Below are positions 36,338 through 49,330 of a stretch of DNA of 64,000 bases, one piece after another. How positions within the stretch are numbered: position 1 is the first letter of the stretch; every line of letters starts with the position of its first letter. Origin of the DNA: Felis catus (Eukaryota). Position numbers and translations under genes: made by a program. The notes under the pieces are model-generated. The model was given only the letters and a program-made list of their open reading frames with translations. It had not been told where the DNA came from and ran no database searches. The stretch lies in NCBI RefSeq assembly GCF_018350175.1, contig NC_058373.1, positions 106,208,001 to 106,272,000 of the forward strand, in the 5' to 3' direction.

Positions 36338-36417
36338 CGAGTTGCTGAAAAATCTTGAAAAGTCTCTTGCCATTTGAGAAGTGTAATCGTTCAGTAAATT
36401 CTGCTCCTGCTTTTGTG
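36338..36417 (-). CDS. CCDC175: CCDC175 exon (6th from 3' end), 80 nt
   Basis: tttcttttatatag|CA...TCG|gtaaag; (A)QKQEQNLLNDYTSQMARDFSRFFSNS; phase 1 to 0. Confidence 0.88.
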
Positions 36418-36515
36418 CTATATAAAAGAAAAAGAAAAAATAACTTCCCACAATGTTTAGTTTAAAAAATTAATCAAAATAAGGCATGTGTCTAGTTTTA
36501 AAAGTCAAATACTAT

Positions 36516-36709
36516 GGGGCACCTGGCCGGTTCAGTCGGTTAAGTGTTTGACTTTGATTCAGGTCATGTTCTCACAGTTGGTGAGTTCGAGCCCCTCATC
36601 AGGCTCTCTGCCGTCAGCATAGAAACCACTCTGCACCCTCTGTGCTGCTCCCCTGCCCGCCCCCTCCCTGCTGGTTCTCTCTCTCAAAATAAATAAATAC
36701 ACTTAAAAA
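36516..36709 (+). mobile_element. Older Can-SINE
   Basis: Approximate TSD aagt(c/t)aaatactat. Confidence 0.88.
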
Positions 36710-36994
36710 GAAGTTAAATACTATTATAAGGTTTAAAACAAAAAATAGAAGTTAGATGTTTCCAATGCAGTGCAGTATCTGACTCCTCAGAATCAACAAC
36801 TTTTAAACTCAACTTTTTCTTCTTCTATTTTCTTAAAAAATGCTTATATGACTATTTCTTGATTTGTCACTTTAAGACACTTTCTATCTTCTTCCTAATA
36901 TAGAAAGTAGCACACTTACTCTCACCCCTACATCCCCCACGTGCACTTCTAATCTCCCCATAAAGTCATGTTTTTTAAAGCGAATTTTAGCTAT

Positions 36995-37106
36995 ATTTTT
37001 AAAAAAGATTTTGTTTTTAAGTAATCTTTACACCCAACATGCGGCTTGATCAAGAACCTTCGATCAAGAGTCACATGCTCTACCAACTGAGCCAGCCGGG
37101 TGTCCC
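36995..37106 (-). mobile_element. Short Can-SINE
   Basis: gatcaagagtcacatgctctaccaactgagccagcc; approximate TSD aatttta(g/a)ctat. Confidence 0.82.
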
Positions 37107-37708
37107 TAATTTTAACTATTTAGATCATTATGACAATGTAAACATTCACAGATGAGACAAATGGTGTCGTATGATTATTCCTCCCCTCCTGTATAATTTG
37201 TTGTTTTTCCTGGAGCTAAAAATACCTCATTTTTTATTTCCTTAGTTTTCCATGTACACATTAATTCATATCTAAATCTATAATAGAATTATAAAATCTT
37301 TCCAAATATTACTTCCCACGTAGTCAAACACCTTAGGTGATCTACCAGTTTCATATCTCTTCCCTCCCCCACCCCCCCTTGCCCACCGCCGCCTTCTCTT
37401 TTCTGAGCACTTGGGACTTTCCTTTGCATTCCCCTTATGTTGGACCCCCTGTTTCCTGAATTTCATGTCCTTTTCAATTTATTCCGAGCAAATTCTGTAC
37501 TAGCTTCCTGAGACAGAGTAAATGAGATATTTTGATATCTTATATATCTAATCATGTCTCTATTCTCTATACTTGACTAATAGTTTGGATGGGTATCTAA
37601 TGTTAGATATTATTTTCTCTCAGAATTTTGAAGGCAATGTCTTTTTTTAGTATAATAGTATAATAGTACAGTTAAGAAGCCTAAAACCATTCTGATTGCT
37701 CATCTTTT

Positions 37709-37929
37709 TTTTTTTTAATTTTTTTTTCAACGTTTATTTATTTTTAGGACAGAGAGAGACAGAGTATGAACGGGGGAGGGCAGAGAGAGAGGGAGACACA
37801 GAATCGGAAGCAGGCTCCAGGCTCCGAGCCATCAGCCCAGAGCCTGACGCGGGGCTCGAACTCACGGACCGTGAGATCGTGACCTGGCTGAAGTCGGACG
37901 CTCAACCGACTGTGCCACCCAGGCGCCCC
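37709..37929 (-). mobile_element. Can-SINE, young SINEC_Fc type
   Basis: TSD tgattgctcatctttt. Confidence 0.95.
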
Positions 37930-38304
37930 TGATTGCTCATCTTTTGAGTGAGATCTGCTTTTTCTCTCTAGAAGCCTTTGGAATATTCTTTTTTAGCCTG
38001 AAATCCCACAATGATGTGACTTACTGTCTTTTCCTTTAGAAATTGCACTGGGGATTTGATGGGCCTTTTCAAATAGGAAACTCATATTCTCCAATTCTGA
38101 GAAATATTTTTGTATTATTTCCTGGATAACTTTATCCTTTCCATTTTCTTTTCTGGCCTTATATTAATTAAATATTCAACATCTCAGAATGGTTTTCTAA
38201 TTTTCTTACTCTTTTATCCTGTTCCTCAACTCCTTATTTTGTTCTATTTTTTGAGAGATTTCCTTTTCTTATAATCCTATTGAATTTTAAGAGTTTCGTT
38301 GTCA

Positions 38305-38566
38305 GGGGTGCCTGGATGGCTCAGTCGGTTAAGCGTCCGACCTCGGCTCAGGTCATGATCTCACTGCTCCCGAGATCGAGCCCCAACAGTCAGTCTCTGT
38401 GCTGACAGTTCAGAGCCTGAAGCCCGTTTCAGATTCTGTGTCTCCCTCTCTCTCTGCCCCTCCCCTGATTGTAATAAATAAACATTAAAAAAATAAATTA
38501 ATAAATAAATTAATTAATAAAAATTAATAAATAAATAAACATTAAAAAATTTTTAATAAAATAAAA
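38305..38566 (+). mobile_element. Can-SINE with an expanded AT-rich tail
   Basis: Head and body followed by a duplicated aataaataaacattaaaaaa tail. Confidence 0.9.
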
Positions 38567-39972
38567 TATTGGTTATATTTTTTCATTTCTAGGAGCTCTT
38601 TCCTGTTTCTCTGTTCTTTTTCATACATGCAATATATTTTTTCTCTATGGATGTAACTTTAAGATATATTCTTGAAAACATATAGAATGTATATTTTCTT
38701 TAATATATAGACTATATATACATTATGCATAATATATAGAGAATAGACATTCTCTAAGAAGATGTATCTTTAAAAGCATTCTTATATTCATTGTGTCATC
38801 TGTTTCCACCAACTTCTGTTTTTCTGTCTGCTTTAGTTTCTGCCTTTCACATTGGAGTTTTTCCTGAGGTGTCTGGTGATCTTTGACTATCTAACCCTAT
38901 TTAAGCATGAGGCACTAAAAGGCTCAGTGCCTGGGTGGGTTTCACTGTACAGTGATCAGGAAGGGATCAGGAAGGGACCATTTTGTCGGAGGATCCTCAA
39001 ATGTTAGATTATGTGGGGCTTTTCTCTGGAACTGTTTAGTTTCCTTAGAGAAGAATCCAACCATCTCCTTTTCAAGAGGGGGAAGGGATTACAGGACAGT
39101 CACACACACAATGGGCTGGGAGCCTTCATCAAGTTCAGCAGTGGAAGGGGGTCTCTGTATAGCGTCTGTCTTCCGCCCTCTGTCATATCTGATATCCTGC
39201 AGTTTAGAACCCCCTGGTCTGACTTCTCTGCCAGCACTGGGAGGAGTAGTCAGTCGCTCAGCTGCACAGAAGATGGCATCTGACCTGGAGGTCTAACCGC
39301 CTGTTATAAAGATTTTCAACCAATCTTCAACCCTGTGACTCATTTCAGCTTCCCAGTATCAGGGTCCTCCAATGCCCAAGACTTGCCAGGTCCTTGCTTT
39401 CATGGTGTGCTTTTTTATGCAGGCACTTGCTAGTCACACTTCCCTTCCTGTTAATTCTTCTAGCCAATTCTACCTTCTAAAGATTTGTTGATGTTTATTT
39501 TCTGCAGATATCTTCTCTGCCAGTCTCTGTACTTGCGAGTCATAATTTTTCTCCCTAAAAAAATATTTTACACGCATTTTTATGAAATTTCACTAGGGAG
39601 CACAGATAGATGCATGTTTTACGCATAACATTGAACTGAAAGTCGTTAAGTCATCACATTGCTCTTTGTGTGTTCTGAGCCACTTCTATCCTCTGTAAGT
39701 CTCACTGCTGGCAGGTGAAGCATATTTTCCTACTCTGGAGCGCATTGTTCTTATGTTCCCTTTCTCTGGTCTTTCCCTCTTTTCTCTCCTTTCTTCAGTA
39801 TTTTCTTTCTTTGCCTCAAGAGAATCAGCACTTGCAATATATGGAAATACATTGCTTATTTTCAAACTCCTCATGTTTCTTACATCCTCTACCTTAGTGC
39901 AAGAAGGGATGGGAAGAAGCTTGGGAGAACAGAAAATTGGGGGTGGAGTACATAGGTTTCATGACCCTTCTT

Positions 39973-40212
39973 TTTTTTTTTTTTTTTTTTTTTAATTTTT
40001 TTTTTTTCCAACGTTTATTTTATTTTTGGGACAGAGAGAGACAAAGCATGAACGGGCGAGGGGCAGAGAGAGAGGGAGACACAGAATCGGAAACAGGCTC
40101 CAGGCTCTGAGCCATCAGCCCAGAGCCCGACGCGGGGCTCGAACTCACAGACCGCGAGATCGTGACCCGGCTGAAGTCGGACGCTTAACCGACTGCGCCA
40201 CCCAGGCGCCCC
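39973..40212 (-). mobile_element. Can-SINE, young SINEC_Fc type
   Basis: TSD tcatgacccttctt; long T tract. Confidence 0.95.
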
Positions 40213-40395
40213 AATCATGACCCTTCTTAAAGCAGCAAAAGACCAAGAAAATCTACCTGAGTCGACTAAATGAGAATCTGACAAGAATTGGAAAATCAAC
40301 TGAGGAATGGCAAGCAGACCAATTATTCAAGGTACTTATTCTTATAATCTTATATTCTTAAAAAACCACTTTCCTTGGCAATGACCACTATTCGC

Positions 40396-40593
40396 TTTTA
40401 TTTTTGAGAGAGGGTGTGCATGTGCGTGCACGCACGCAAGCAGGAGAGAGGGAGAGGGAGAGAGAGAATCTCAAGTGGGCTCCATGCTCAGCACCCAGCC
40501 CCACATGGGGCTTGATCTCATGACCGTGAGATCATGACCTGAGCTAATATCAAGAGTCAGACATTTAACCAACTGAGCCATCCAGGGCCCCCC
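40396..40593 (-). mobile_element. Older Can-SINE
   Basis: TSD accactattc. Confidence 0.88.
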
Positions 40594-41552
40594 ACCACTA
40601 TTCATTTTTAAATATTTGTTTTACATTTCAACATATTGGATTTCTATATGATTATATCTTTTTGACACAGACTATTTCGATGTCTCTCCCCATATTCATC
40701 TTTGCCAGCTGTTTATTCCCATCACAGTGCACATTTTTTTTTGGGCTCCCGTTCTAGTCCTTTCTGTAACTTTTGATCCTGGTCTTCTGGTTTTCAGGGT
40801 ACTTTTTCCATCTAGAAAACAGAAATTCTGGAAGCTTTTCTGCTTAACAACCTTGTGGGACTTGTTGGTTAATGATACTCTGCTTCCCAAATGCAAGACA
40901 AAACTCACACCTCTAGAGATGATTCTGGATTTATGAAATTTTGGGTGCAGAGTTAGATGACTACATCCTATTTTTCTGGAGAAAATAAGTATTTTTTATA
41001 TTTAATATACATGATTGTGCCCTGTAACAAAATGTAAAATATACATACTTTGAGACACATTTCACATCCTCTATAAAGCCTCCATTTCTAAGACTAGCTC
41101 TTATATATCTTTGCCTTAGGGGTGAGTTAGGAGGAAAAAAAATCTGACGACTACCTACTTGGTAAATGGTTAGAGTCATAACTGGAACAAGATAGAATAT
41201 TCAAATTCGTGTTAAGAAACAGAAAAAAAGAATCCCACTTGGCAGCAGATAAAGGTGCTATTTCTACTTTTACCAAGGAGAGACAGAAACCACATTATAT
41301 GGTTGTCACTAATTCTTAATTTTAAAGTCTCTAAAAGAGAAAAGGAAACATTTGACAAGGGCAACATCAGGGCTGCGGTGTAAAGAAGAAATTAGTAGAT
41401 GGGCCAAAAACTAGAGAAGAAAGAGTTAAAGGCGATGGGAAAAGTTTGCAGAGTTCCATCACTGGCTCACGAATGATGACCCACCTTGAGTTAGGGGATA
41501 TCAGTGAAATCCTTACCTGTCTTAACGTTAATTACTGAGACTTCATACCTAC

Positions 41553-41691
41553 CTGTAATAAAATGAAGGAGCTCTTCCAGTGTTCCAGCTTTGCTCATAT
41601 ATTCTTCTTCTGCCACTTGAAGTTGCGGAAGACGCTCGACTAGTTCATCTTCCTTTACTCTGTTACTTTGCGTTTCCCTAGCGAATCTTAG
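41553..41691 (-). CDS. CCDC175: CCDC175 exon (7th from 3' end), 139 nt
   Basis: ttttctttaaag|CTA...ACA G|gtaggt; LRFARETQSNRVKEDELVERLPQLQVAEEEYMSKAGTLEELLHFIT; phase 0 to 1. Confidence 0.9.
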
Positions 41692-42060
41692 CTTTAAAGA
41701 AAATGAAGCTAATTGTGAGGCATGATTTTAGAGAACGGACACAATTTACACTCCAGAGTATAATGTAAGTTCTTTGAGAGGAAGAGCCCTGTCTTAGTGT
41801 CCTCTCATCGTGAGGTGCATACAAAGGTATCCGGCATATCCTAGATATTCGAAACATATTTGTTGGCTGATTCAGAGAGTCTCTGGAAATCTATGAAGTA
41901 AGGAGATTACATTCAATGGCCTCTCCAAGGAGCCCTTCATTTCTCTAGCTCTATTGCTATGATTCCATTAATGCTACCATGTAGGTACCCTAAACACCTA
42001 TTTGAGAAAATCTCTCTTGAGCATATTTTACAGAAAAACAAACAAAAAACAGGCAGCAAC

Positions 42061-42250
42061 GGGACACCTGGGTGGCTCAGTTGGTTAAGTGTCTGACTCT
42101 TCATTTTGGCTCAGGTTGTGATCTCACAGTTTGTGAGTTCAAGCCCCACACTGGGCTTTGCGCTGACAGTGCGGAACCTGCTTGGGATTCTGTTTCTTCC
42201 TCTCTCTCTCTGCCTCTCTCTCTCTCTCTCTCAAAAAAAAAAAAAAAAAG
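42061..42250 (+). mobile_element. Can-SINE
   Basis: Head, (CT)n and poly(A). Confidence 0.9.
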
Positions 42251-42379
42251 CAGCAAAACAAAATATACATAAGTCCTAAGAAAAGTGGATTAAAAAAGAA
42301 ATGGGGAGGGGGTAGAAACAAGTGGATATATTGTTACAATAAATGGGCAAAAAGCACCCAAAACAAAACATGAAGATGC

Positions 42380-45150
42380 CTGCTTAATTATCCAGGTTTT
42401 AGTTAGCTGGACCTCTCTTAGCAAGTCAGGATGGGTTTAAAATGGTGATAAAGCAGTGACAGCCAGCTGATATTTACTAGCCATTTTCCTGTCCCTCGAT
42501 ATCAGGACTCCTCAGTTCTAGCTCAGCATCTGGCTGCCAGCTAGACTGATTTCTCAGCTTTCCTTGCAAGTGGGTGCGACTAATGGTTTTGTGAGCAGAA
42601 GCGGTGTGGGCCGCTTCTGGGTCCTCCGCCTGCAACAGGAAGCAGTACGTGCCCCCTTGGTCCTTCCCTCCCTCCCCTGGCTGGAAAAGAGTGAGAATGG
42701 AAACTGCCACTTGGATCCACAGAGATTAGCCTCAGGCTGAGGATGGCAGAGCTGCCCTTCCAACCTTGGGCCCCTTCCCTTTGGCCTATAATGGGAGAGA
42801 AATTAACCTCTCTCTTCTGTAATGACCACGTCAGGGCGTCTTCTCAACTAGATAGTTAGACTCTTAAGATCTGAATAGGCCATACTTGACCCAACTTATT
42901 CTTAACAACTTTTTCGCTTTTTACCTTTAATCCAGGTTGCACACATACATAATCTGAAGGAAATCCCGGGCGCCACCAGGGCAATGCCAGGCATGCGTCT
43001 TCAGTGGGAGGGACCTCACACCACAGCTGACCAGAGGCTACTGTCCTTCGACCCCAGCAAAGTGGTAACTCAGATGTAAGAGGAAGATACCCACATGGGT
43101 GGGTGTGATAGGCACCTTGGTTTTGAAGCCTCATGTCCAAATAGGAACCAACTTCTCTTGGGTATACCCTCCAGGTCCCCAAAAGAGACGTGCCTACTTA
43201 AAAGAGGCACCAAACCCAGGGAAGCCCAATGCTCTAGTTTCCCCACCAGTTATTCTCCCGGTCAAGATGCGGCATACCCATCATGGGTCACTGTTTACAA
43301 ACAATGTTGCCTGACGATACAACTTTAGTTGTCTACCTTTGCCAGGGTCTAGGGGAATGACCCAGAAGGTTAAGCCAAGGTCAATTTCCCAATAAAGAAG
43401 AGAGGGTTGGTAACCCTTTACTACACATATCCTGCCTGTGTTCACTGTATTTTGGCATCTCTGATAAAGCAGCCTGTCTGCACCCTAGTTAATAGAGCGA
43501 TACACCAGCCTGGTATGTTCCCTCCCAAAGTGCAATGAGAATCCTTAGGGATAAATATAGAAAGATCAAAACACATGTAAAAACACCATAATTTAAACAC
43601 ATTACAATGAGGCATCAGGAGTAATTTTCTCCACACTGCATGTTAAGAAATTCAACTGTGTAGGGGCGCCTGGGTGGCTCGGTTGGTTAGGCGACCGTCA
43701 TGATCTCGCTCAGATCATGATCTCGCAGTTCGTGAGTTCGAGCCCTGCGTCAGGCTCTGTGCTGACAGCTCAGAGCCTGGAGCCTACTTCAGATTCTGCT
43801 CTCCCCCTCTCTACCCGTCCCCTGCTCACGCTCTGTGTCTCTCTGTCTCTCAATAATAATAAATAAACATTAAAAAAATAAAGAAAAAAGAAACTCAACT
43901 CTGTATTATCTATACCATGTTCTCTAAGAGAATTGCGTGAGGGTCTAAGGAAGTATGTGAATGCATTAATTTGTTCCCATTGCCTACATTGACTTAAGCT
44001 GCCAGAATTTCCCTGACAAGGAACCATGCTGTTGTTTCATGCTTTGAGGGAGGGTTTGGGTACCAGATGCTGGGGCATCTCAGACAAGTTGGTGTTCGTC
44101 TACCGGCTCAGGCAGGCCCACTGCTTCTTCAGCTCCTTCAAGCTTCCCTGATTCTGGAGCCACCTGCACACTTAGCTCAGTGGTAATGGGCTCAGGCTTT
44201 TGCTGCAACCCCTTGGAATTGGAGCCTTGGAAAAGAGAGAGACTGATGCAGGTCCCACCCCTGTTCATCAGGATGAGTTCCAGCTCATCCTATAACTTCC
44301 TGTCCATCTTTCCTTCCCAACTGCCTGTCCCACAGCCTTCAGGCCCCAGCTCCAGATGGAAAGCAGACAGACTCTCTAGACTGTGTAACCAGCCACCACG
44401 ATTCCAGAAGGTCAAATCCTTTAAGAAACCTCATTTCTGGTGGCGCTGCTTCTCTGACTGAACTCTGCCAGATATAGGGCTGTAGGACCCCGCAGATCCA
44501 ATTCATGGTCAAGGTGTCAGCACTAGGTCAGAATGATGTAGAAGCCTGTGGCAAGCTCCAGCAGAATTGTAGCCGAGGCCCCCAGGTATTGGAGCCAAGT
44601 CTACAGAGGACTTAGTCACAGTACTGCCTGGGGGAAAAATGCCTCTGGAGATTTGGAAATTTATATTCTGAACCAGTGACTAGCATCCAGGACTGTTTTC
44701 CTTAGACAAAATATATGGGTCAGGGGCCCAAGTGGTAGTGGACTTCTTACTATTAAATCTTATGATTTTGTTTTCCCTCCCCGTGATTTTGGGCTCTGTT
44801 CATTTAGACATTGTACAACACTGGTGAGAAGAACGATTGTACCAGGGGTATAATAATGGTTCCGTAAACCAAAATCGGAGAATGCTTCTTCTCCATTTTG
44901 GGCTCCTCATGCTACTGAACCAATTGCAGAAATGGGATCCCAATTTGCTCCAGGTTATTGATGAGGACTATCAAGGGGAAGGAGGGTTGTTGCTTTATAG
45001 GAAGGGCACACAGGCTGCTCTCTGTGCCTTTCTGTGAATTAGACACAGGCGGACACAGCCCTGCAGGGGGCGCACAGCCTGGCAAGTGGGGTGGACACTG
45101 GAAGACCGTCGGCTTACCTTGCCTAATTGCACTGTGTAAGCTCAAGTGCA
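42380..45150 (+). mobile_element. ERVL/MaLR cluster: MLT1-like LTR, internal remnant and nested LTR41-like LTR (~43955-44477)
   Basis: 44478-44600 resembles decayed ERVL pol (GPYDPADPM..EVS...LWQAP...RPLGFWSK). LTR-like end gcttctctgactgaactctgccagatata. Family names are tentative. Confidence 0.45.
43663..43888 (+). mobile_element. Can-SINE
   Basis: Approximate TSD aagaaa(t/c)tcaact; internal duplication of tcatgatctcgc. Confidence 0.92.
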
Positions 45151-45239
45151 ATATTACATAGCAACCTTATCCTATTCCTGATTTTAAGGGGATTGCCTCC
45201 ATTGGTTCACCGTCATGTATGGGAGTAAACTGTCAGCTC

Positions 45240-46270
45240 TCTCTCAAGAAATACCTGAAATGCTGACTACCTACTTCCAAACACCCCCTCAGCTACCACT
45301 CTGGATCAAGCTACTTGGACCACTTGCAATACTGCTGTAGCTTCCTAATTGGTCTTCCTGCACCCACCATTGCTCTAAATTCTGCTCAACATAGCAGCTA
45401 GAATGATCCTATTTACATGAAAATCAGACTATTCAGCCCTTCACTCAGAACCCTCTTATCAGGAAACTTACCTTCCCAGCCCAGGCAGAGGAAAGACAAA
45501 GTACTCACAATGGCCTATAAGGAGGCAGACCTGGGGAGGCCCCTCTTGAATCATTCCTCATGGAAGGACTCACTCACTGCCTTGTGGCAAGGAGTATGGT
45601 CAGCTGCCAGCCTCCAGCAGCCGGCTCCTTTAGAGACTTCTCAGTTATCTACTGAAGATCATGCTCTTCACGCGGGCCCCCAACCAACTGACTGAGCAAG
45701 GAGGTGGCACAAGGGTGTAGCCATTTCTGCCCAAGGCAGGGATCTGCTAATGGACAGTCCTTGCTCAGGAGCTCCCCAGAGATAGTTTGCGGGTTACATA
45801 ATAGCCTGATGGCTTCCCCTGCCCAGTCCTTTCATAGGTATTACTCCCTAATAAACTTTACACTCCTCGTTCTGCCTCAGCATTTCCTTCCAGAAAATGG
45901 ATCCCTCTCCCTCCTGTCCATTCCAGCCACACTGCCTCCTTGCTGTTCCTCAGATAGGACAGCCCTGCCTCCTCCCTTCCTGTTTGCAGCAACCTTCTGC
46001 CCTTCAGGATTCTACCCTTCCTTGTCCAACAATGCTCTTTAACAGGGCACACAGACCACATCACGTACGCTCGCCCTATCCCCAGTCCCTGCTCTATTTT
46101 TCTCCATAGCATGTCTCACTTTTGAATATACTCAAGGTTCCACTTGTTTATCTTGTTTATTTTCAATCTCCGTCCACTAGGATGTAAGCACCGTAAGGGC
46201 AGAGGGGTTTTTTGTCTGTTTCTTTTTTTGTTTTTCAGCATCTAGAAGAATACTAGGCACCCAGACAGAT
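45240..46270 (+). mobile_element. L2 3' region with a nested ERVL LTR (LTR16/33-like, ~45525-45900)
   Basis: L2-type motifs (gcagctagaatgatcc, ccactaggatgtaagc...gggcagaggg); the nested piece has ctaataaac and an LTR-like end. Confidence 0.55.
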
Positions 46271-46660
46271 GGCATCCAGCAGAGAAAGGTTTCCCACCCT
46301 GACTCTTCTCCCTTCTGTTTCTTCTCATTTTGTCTGAATTTGGGAATGTTTTCTTTCCCTTGTTTGTTCCCTGAGCTGTGCCAATTTCCATTTCACTTCT
46401 TCCTATTTCTGGTCCATCCCCTTCTGACACCTCTTCCCTGAGTTCCTAGATTTCTATATTGCTGATCTTCCTTGGCACCTGTACGAAACTAAAATATATA
46501 TTTTTTAATTTACAGAGGGATGCTTGATCGCAGTTTTCATCTGTTCCAACACCATCTTCCTGAGTGTTCTTCAGTTGTTGGACAGTTTTGTTCCCCCTTT
46601 CACTTATTTTTTTAATAGATTTTTAAAAAGGTATTATTATTATTATTTTAATGAATACAT

Positions 46661-46864
46661 TTTTTCCCTTTATTTTTTTTAGAGAGATAGAGTGAGTGGG
46701 GGAGAGGTTTGGGGGCGGGGGGAAGAGAGAGAGAGAATCCCAGGCAGACTTCACACTAACAGCACAGACCCTGACTCAGGGCTCGATCCCACCACCAACT
46801 GATCATGACCTGAGCTGAAATCAGGAGTCAATCACTCAATCCACTGAGCCACCCAGGTGTCCCC
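46661..46864 (-). mobile_element. Older Can-SINE
   Basis: Antisense head ...gagccacccaggtgtcccc. Confidence 0.85.
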
Positions 46865-47094
46865 TTGTTTTTCTCATGGTATTTTTGTGTGGAGGACATA
46901 GCTGCTCCTTTTTTGTTATTCATATTAGAAAGAACTGGCTTTTCTTGGACCAATAATCTGTGGATGGCTTTCTGTAGGATGTGGTGGGGGTTGCGTGGGG
47001 AAGCATGGGATTGGCCCAGGGCAAGATCTGAACTTTGACATGTAAGGACTCTAAGCTTCCCTGCTACAGCAAGGGACTATTGTCTTCAAAAATT

Positions 47095-47575
47095 ATGGAA
47101 AGAGCCCAAATGCCCATCAATTGATGAATGGATAAAGAAGTTGTGGTTTATATACACAATGGAATACTACTTGGCAATGAGAATGAATGAAATGTGGCCT
47201 TTTGTAGCGACGTGGATGGAACTGGAGAGTGTTATGCTAAGTGAAGTAAGTCATACAGAGAAAGACAGACACCATATGTTTTCACTCTTATGCGGATCCT
47301 GAGAAACTTAACAGAAGATCATGGGGGAGGGGAGTGGGGAAAAAAAAAAGTTACAGAGAGGGAAGGAGGCAAACCATAAGAGACTCTTAAAAACAGAATA
47401 AATGGAGGGTTGATGGTGGGAGGGAGGGGAAAGTGGGTGCTGGGCACTGAGGAGGGCACCTGTTGGAATGAGCACTGGGAGTTTTATGGAAACCAATTTG
47501 ACAATAAATTTCATATTAAAAACAAATAAAACAAATAGTAAAAACAAAAAACAAAAAAACAAAACAAAACAAATA
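47095..47575 (+). mobile_element. Young 5'-truncated feline L1 3' end
   Basis: ORF2 C-terminus (...WMELESVMLSEVSHTEKD...), 3'UTR with gacaataaa, and an A-rich tail. Confidence 0.88.
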
Positions 47576-48159
47576 AAGCCCCTCTTTGATACAGCCGGGG
47601 CCTCTGTTCCTCTTCAAAACGAATCAAGTTCAGGAAGGCTTCTACCACCATCCCTGTTCTCCTCATTCCAATACCAACGTAGGTCTCCAGGAAGCACCCC
47701 CTTACCTTTCCAGGTAACACCAGCACCTTGAAAAGGTGTGTTTTCTGTTGTGTTTCCAGAGACCCGCCACCTCCAGGCCCCTTGGGTACTTTCAGTGCCT
47801 TTTCGCTCCACCTCCCCCAGCATCCTTGCTCCATTCCATCCCAGGTGGCTCCTGGCAGCTCCCAACTCAGCAGGATGCCCTCTCTGATAAGGATTTCCAA
47901 GCTTGGCCTCACTGGCCTCCCTTGCCCTTTGCTGCTTTCCCCAGCTACCCTCGTGCCAGCTCTGCCTGCCTTCCTGCACCGCTCCCCTTGTCCCCGGGGA
48001 CTTTGCCGGCACTTCTACGTAACTTGGAGTGTCTAATTTTCTTTTTTTAACTGAAAAAATATTTTATGTTGCTCTTTTGTCAGGACAAAAAGTCGTAATG
48101 AAACTAGGCTTGCTCACACTGGAGGTTTTACATGTAACCGCTTAGAGTAGCATGAAATA

Positions 48160-48387
48160 GGGGCACCTGGGTGGCTCAGTCGGTTAAGCGTCCAACTTCA
48201 GCTCAGGTCACGATCTCATGGCTTATGAGTTTGATCCCTGCATCGGGCTCCGTGCTGACAACTCAGAGCCTGGAGCCTGCTTCGGATTCTGTGTCTCCCT
48301 CTTTCTCTGCCCTCCCCCACTCGTGCTCTGTCTCTGTCTCTCAAAAATAAAAACATTAACAAAAATTGTAAAAAAAAAAAAAAAAAA
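48160..48387 (+). mobile_element. Can-SINE
   Basis: TSD agagtagcatgaaat; about 75 bp from a CCDC175 donor site. Confidence 0.93.
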
Positions 48388-48460
48388 AGAGTAGCATGAA
48401 ATGTACCCCTCCCCCCATATGGCAATTTCAAATTGTTTTTAGATGCAAAATAAAACTTAC

Positions 48461-48592
48461 CTCATACTTGCTCAACTCTTGAACTAACTTTTTTTCTTTG
48501 ACAATAAATTCTTCCTCCACTTGTTTTAATTCTAATGTAAGTTTTTCAGTCTCTGCCAAAAACTCAGTGATCTCTTTTTGTCTAAAATTGGT
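48461..48592 (-). CDS. CCDC175: CCDC175 exon (8th from 3' end), 132 nt
   Basis: ctttctgattag|ACC...GAG|gtaagt; TNFRQKEITEFLAETEKLTLELKQVEEEFIVKEKKLVQELSKYE; phase 0 to 0; coiled-coil-like. Confidence 0.9.
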
Positions 48593-49194
48593 CTAATCAG
48601 AAAGCAAACAAATTGAAGATCTGTCATTTGCCCTGTAGCAGTCAGCCTTATGTTTTCAAAACAGCCAAGAATTAATATCTCTTTGCATGATACTTGGCTC
48701 TGATTTCAGGTTATATATTTTCACAGCAACTACTTGAGAGGGAATTTATTTATTTATTTTTCCCTCCAGAGGTTAATTTATTCACCAAACAATATCTATA
48801 ACCTACATGAGGAAATGGATGATGGGACTGATGGGGGATGGAGGAAGGGCGGAGGGTGAATACCAGCGCTGAGTAATGATGTTTGGTTTCTTTTTTAACA
48901 GAGAGCTTCCCTAAAAGTGAATGTCAAACGAGTTCCTGGTTACAGATTTCAAAAGCATATTCTAGAGACAAGTGCGACTTTGTTTGCTAAATTCCTACAG
49001 TTCACACAGAGCAAATAGGAATTTCTCAAGAAAGTTAAATAATTCACTCTAAGCATAAGTCACCAGAAAGGAAACTATCTCTTCATAAGATAAGGTTTAA
49101 TTAAATATTGAAGGAGAATTACTGATATGCAATAATAATACTGGGTCCATACTAACATGGAGCAATAATATTCAAGTTCCTTGAGTTCCTTTAC

Positions 49195-49330
49195 CTCTTG
49201 CAATAGTTTGATGCATCTAGATTCAGCAGTCTGTACTTCCTCTAAAATTTCTTGTACTTCAGACTCCAGCTTCTTTTTCAAACATGCATGTTTTTTTCGT
49301 GAACAAGCAATTTTCCACTGAGTTATGACG
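49195..49330 (-). CDS. CCDC175: CCDC175 exon (9th from 3' end), 136 nt
   Basis: ctctcatttccag|C GTC...GAG|gtaaag; VITQWKIACSRKKHACLKKKLESEVQEILEEVQTAESRCIKLLQE; phase 2 to 0. Confidence 0.9.

Larger units (their letters stand above)
36780..38930 (-). mobile_element. Ancient L1M (ME/MD-like) ORF1-region remnant
   Basis: T-rich tract with antisense ORF1-like motifs (cagaattttgaaggca, attctgagaaat); boundaries approximate. Confidence 0.55.

Noticed and set aside
39686..39880. Purine-rich minus-strand stretch encoding an E/K/R-rich peptide, a possible extra CCDC175 exon
   Set aside because: The flanking exons (41553 and 36417) already join in phase with the expected LLHFIT-AQKQ continuity, and I found no convincing splice-site pair.
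49075..49194. Open frame continuing 40 codons past a CCDC175 donor
   Set aside because: No recognisable downstream module and no independent support for a terminal exon; a canonical donor is present.
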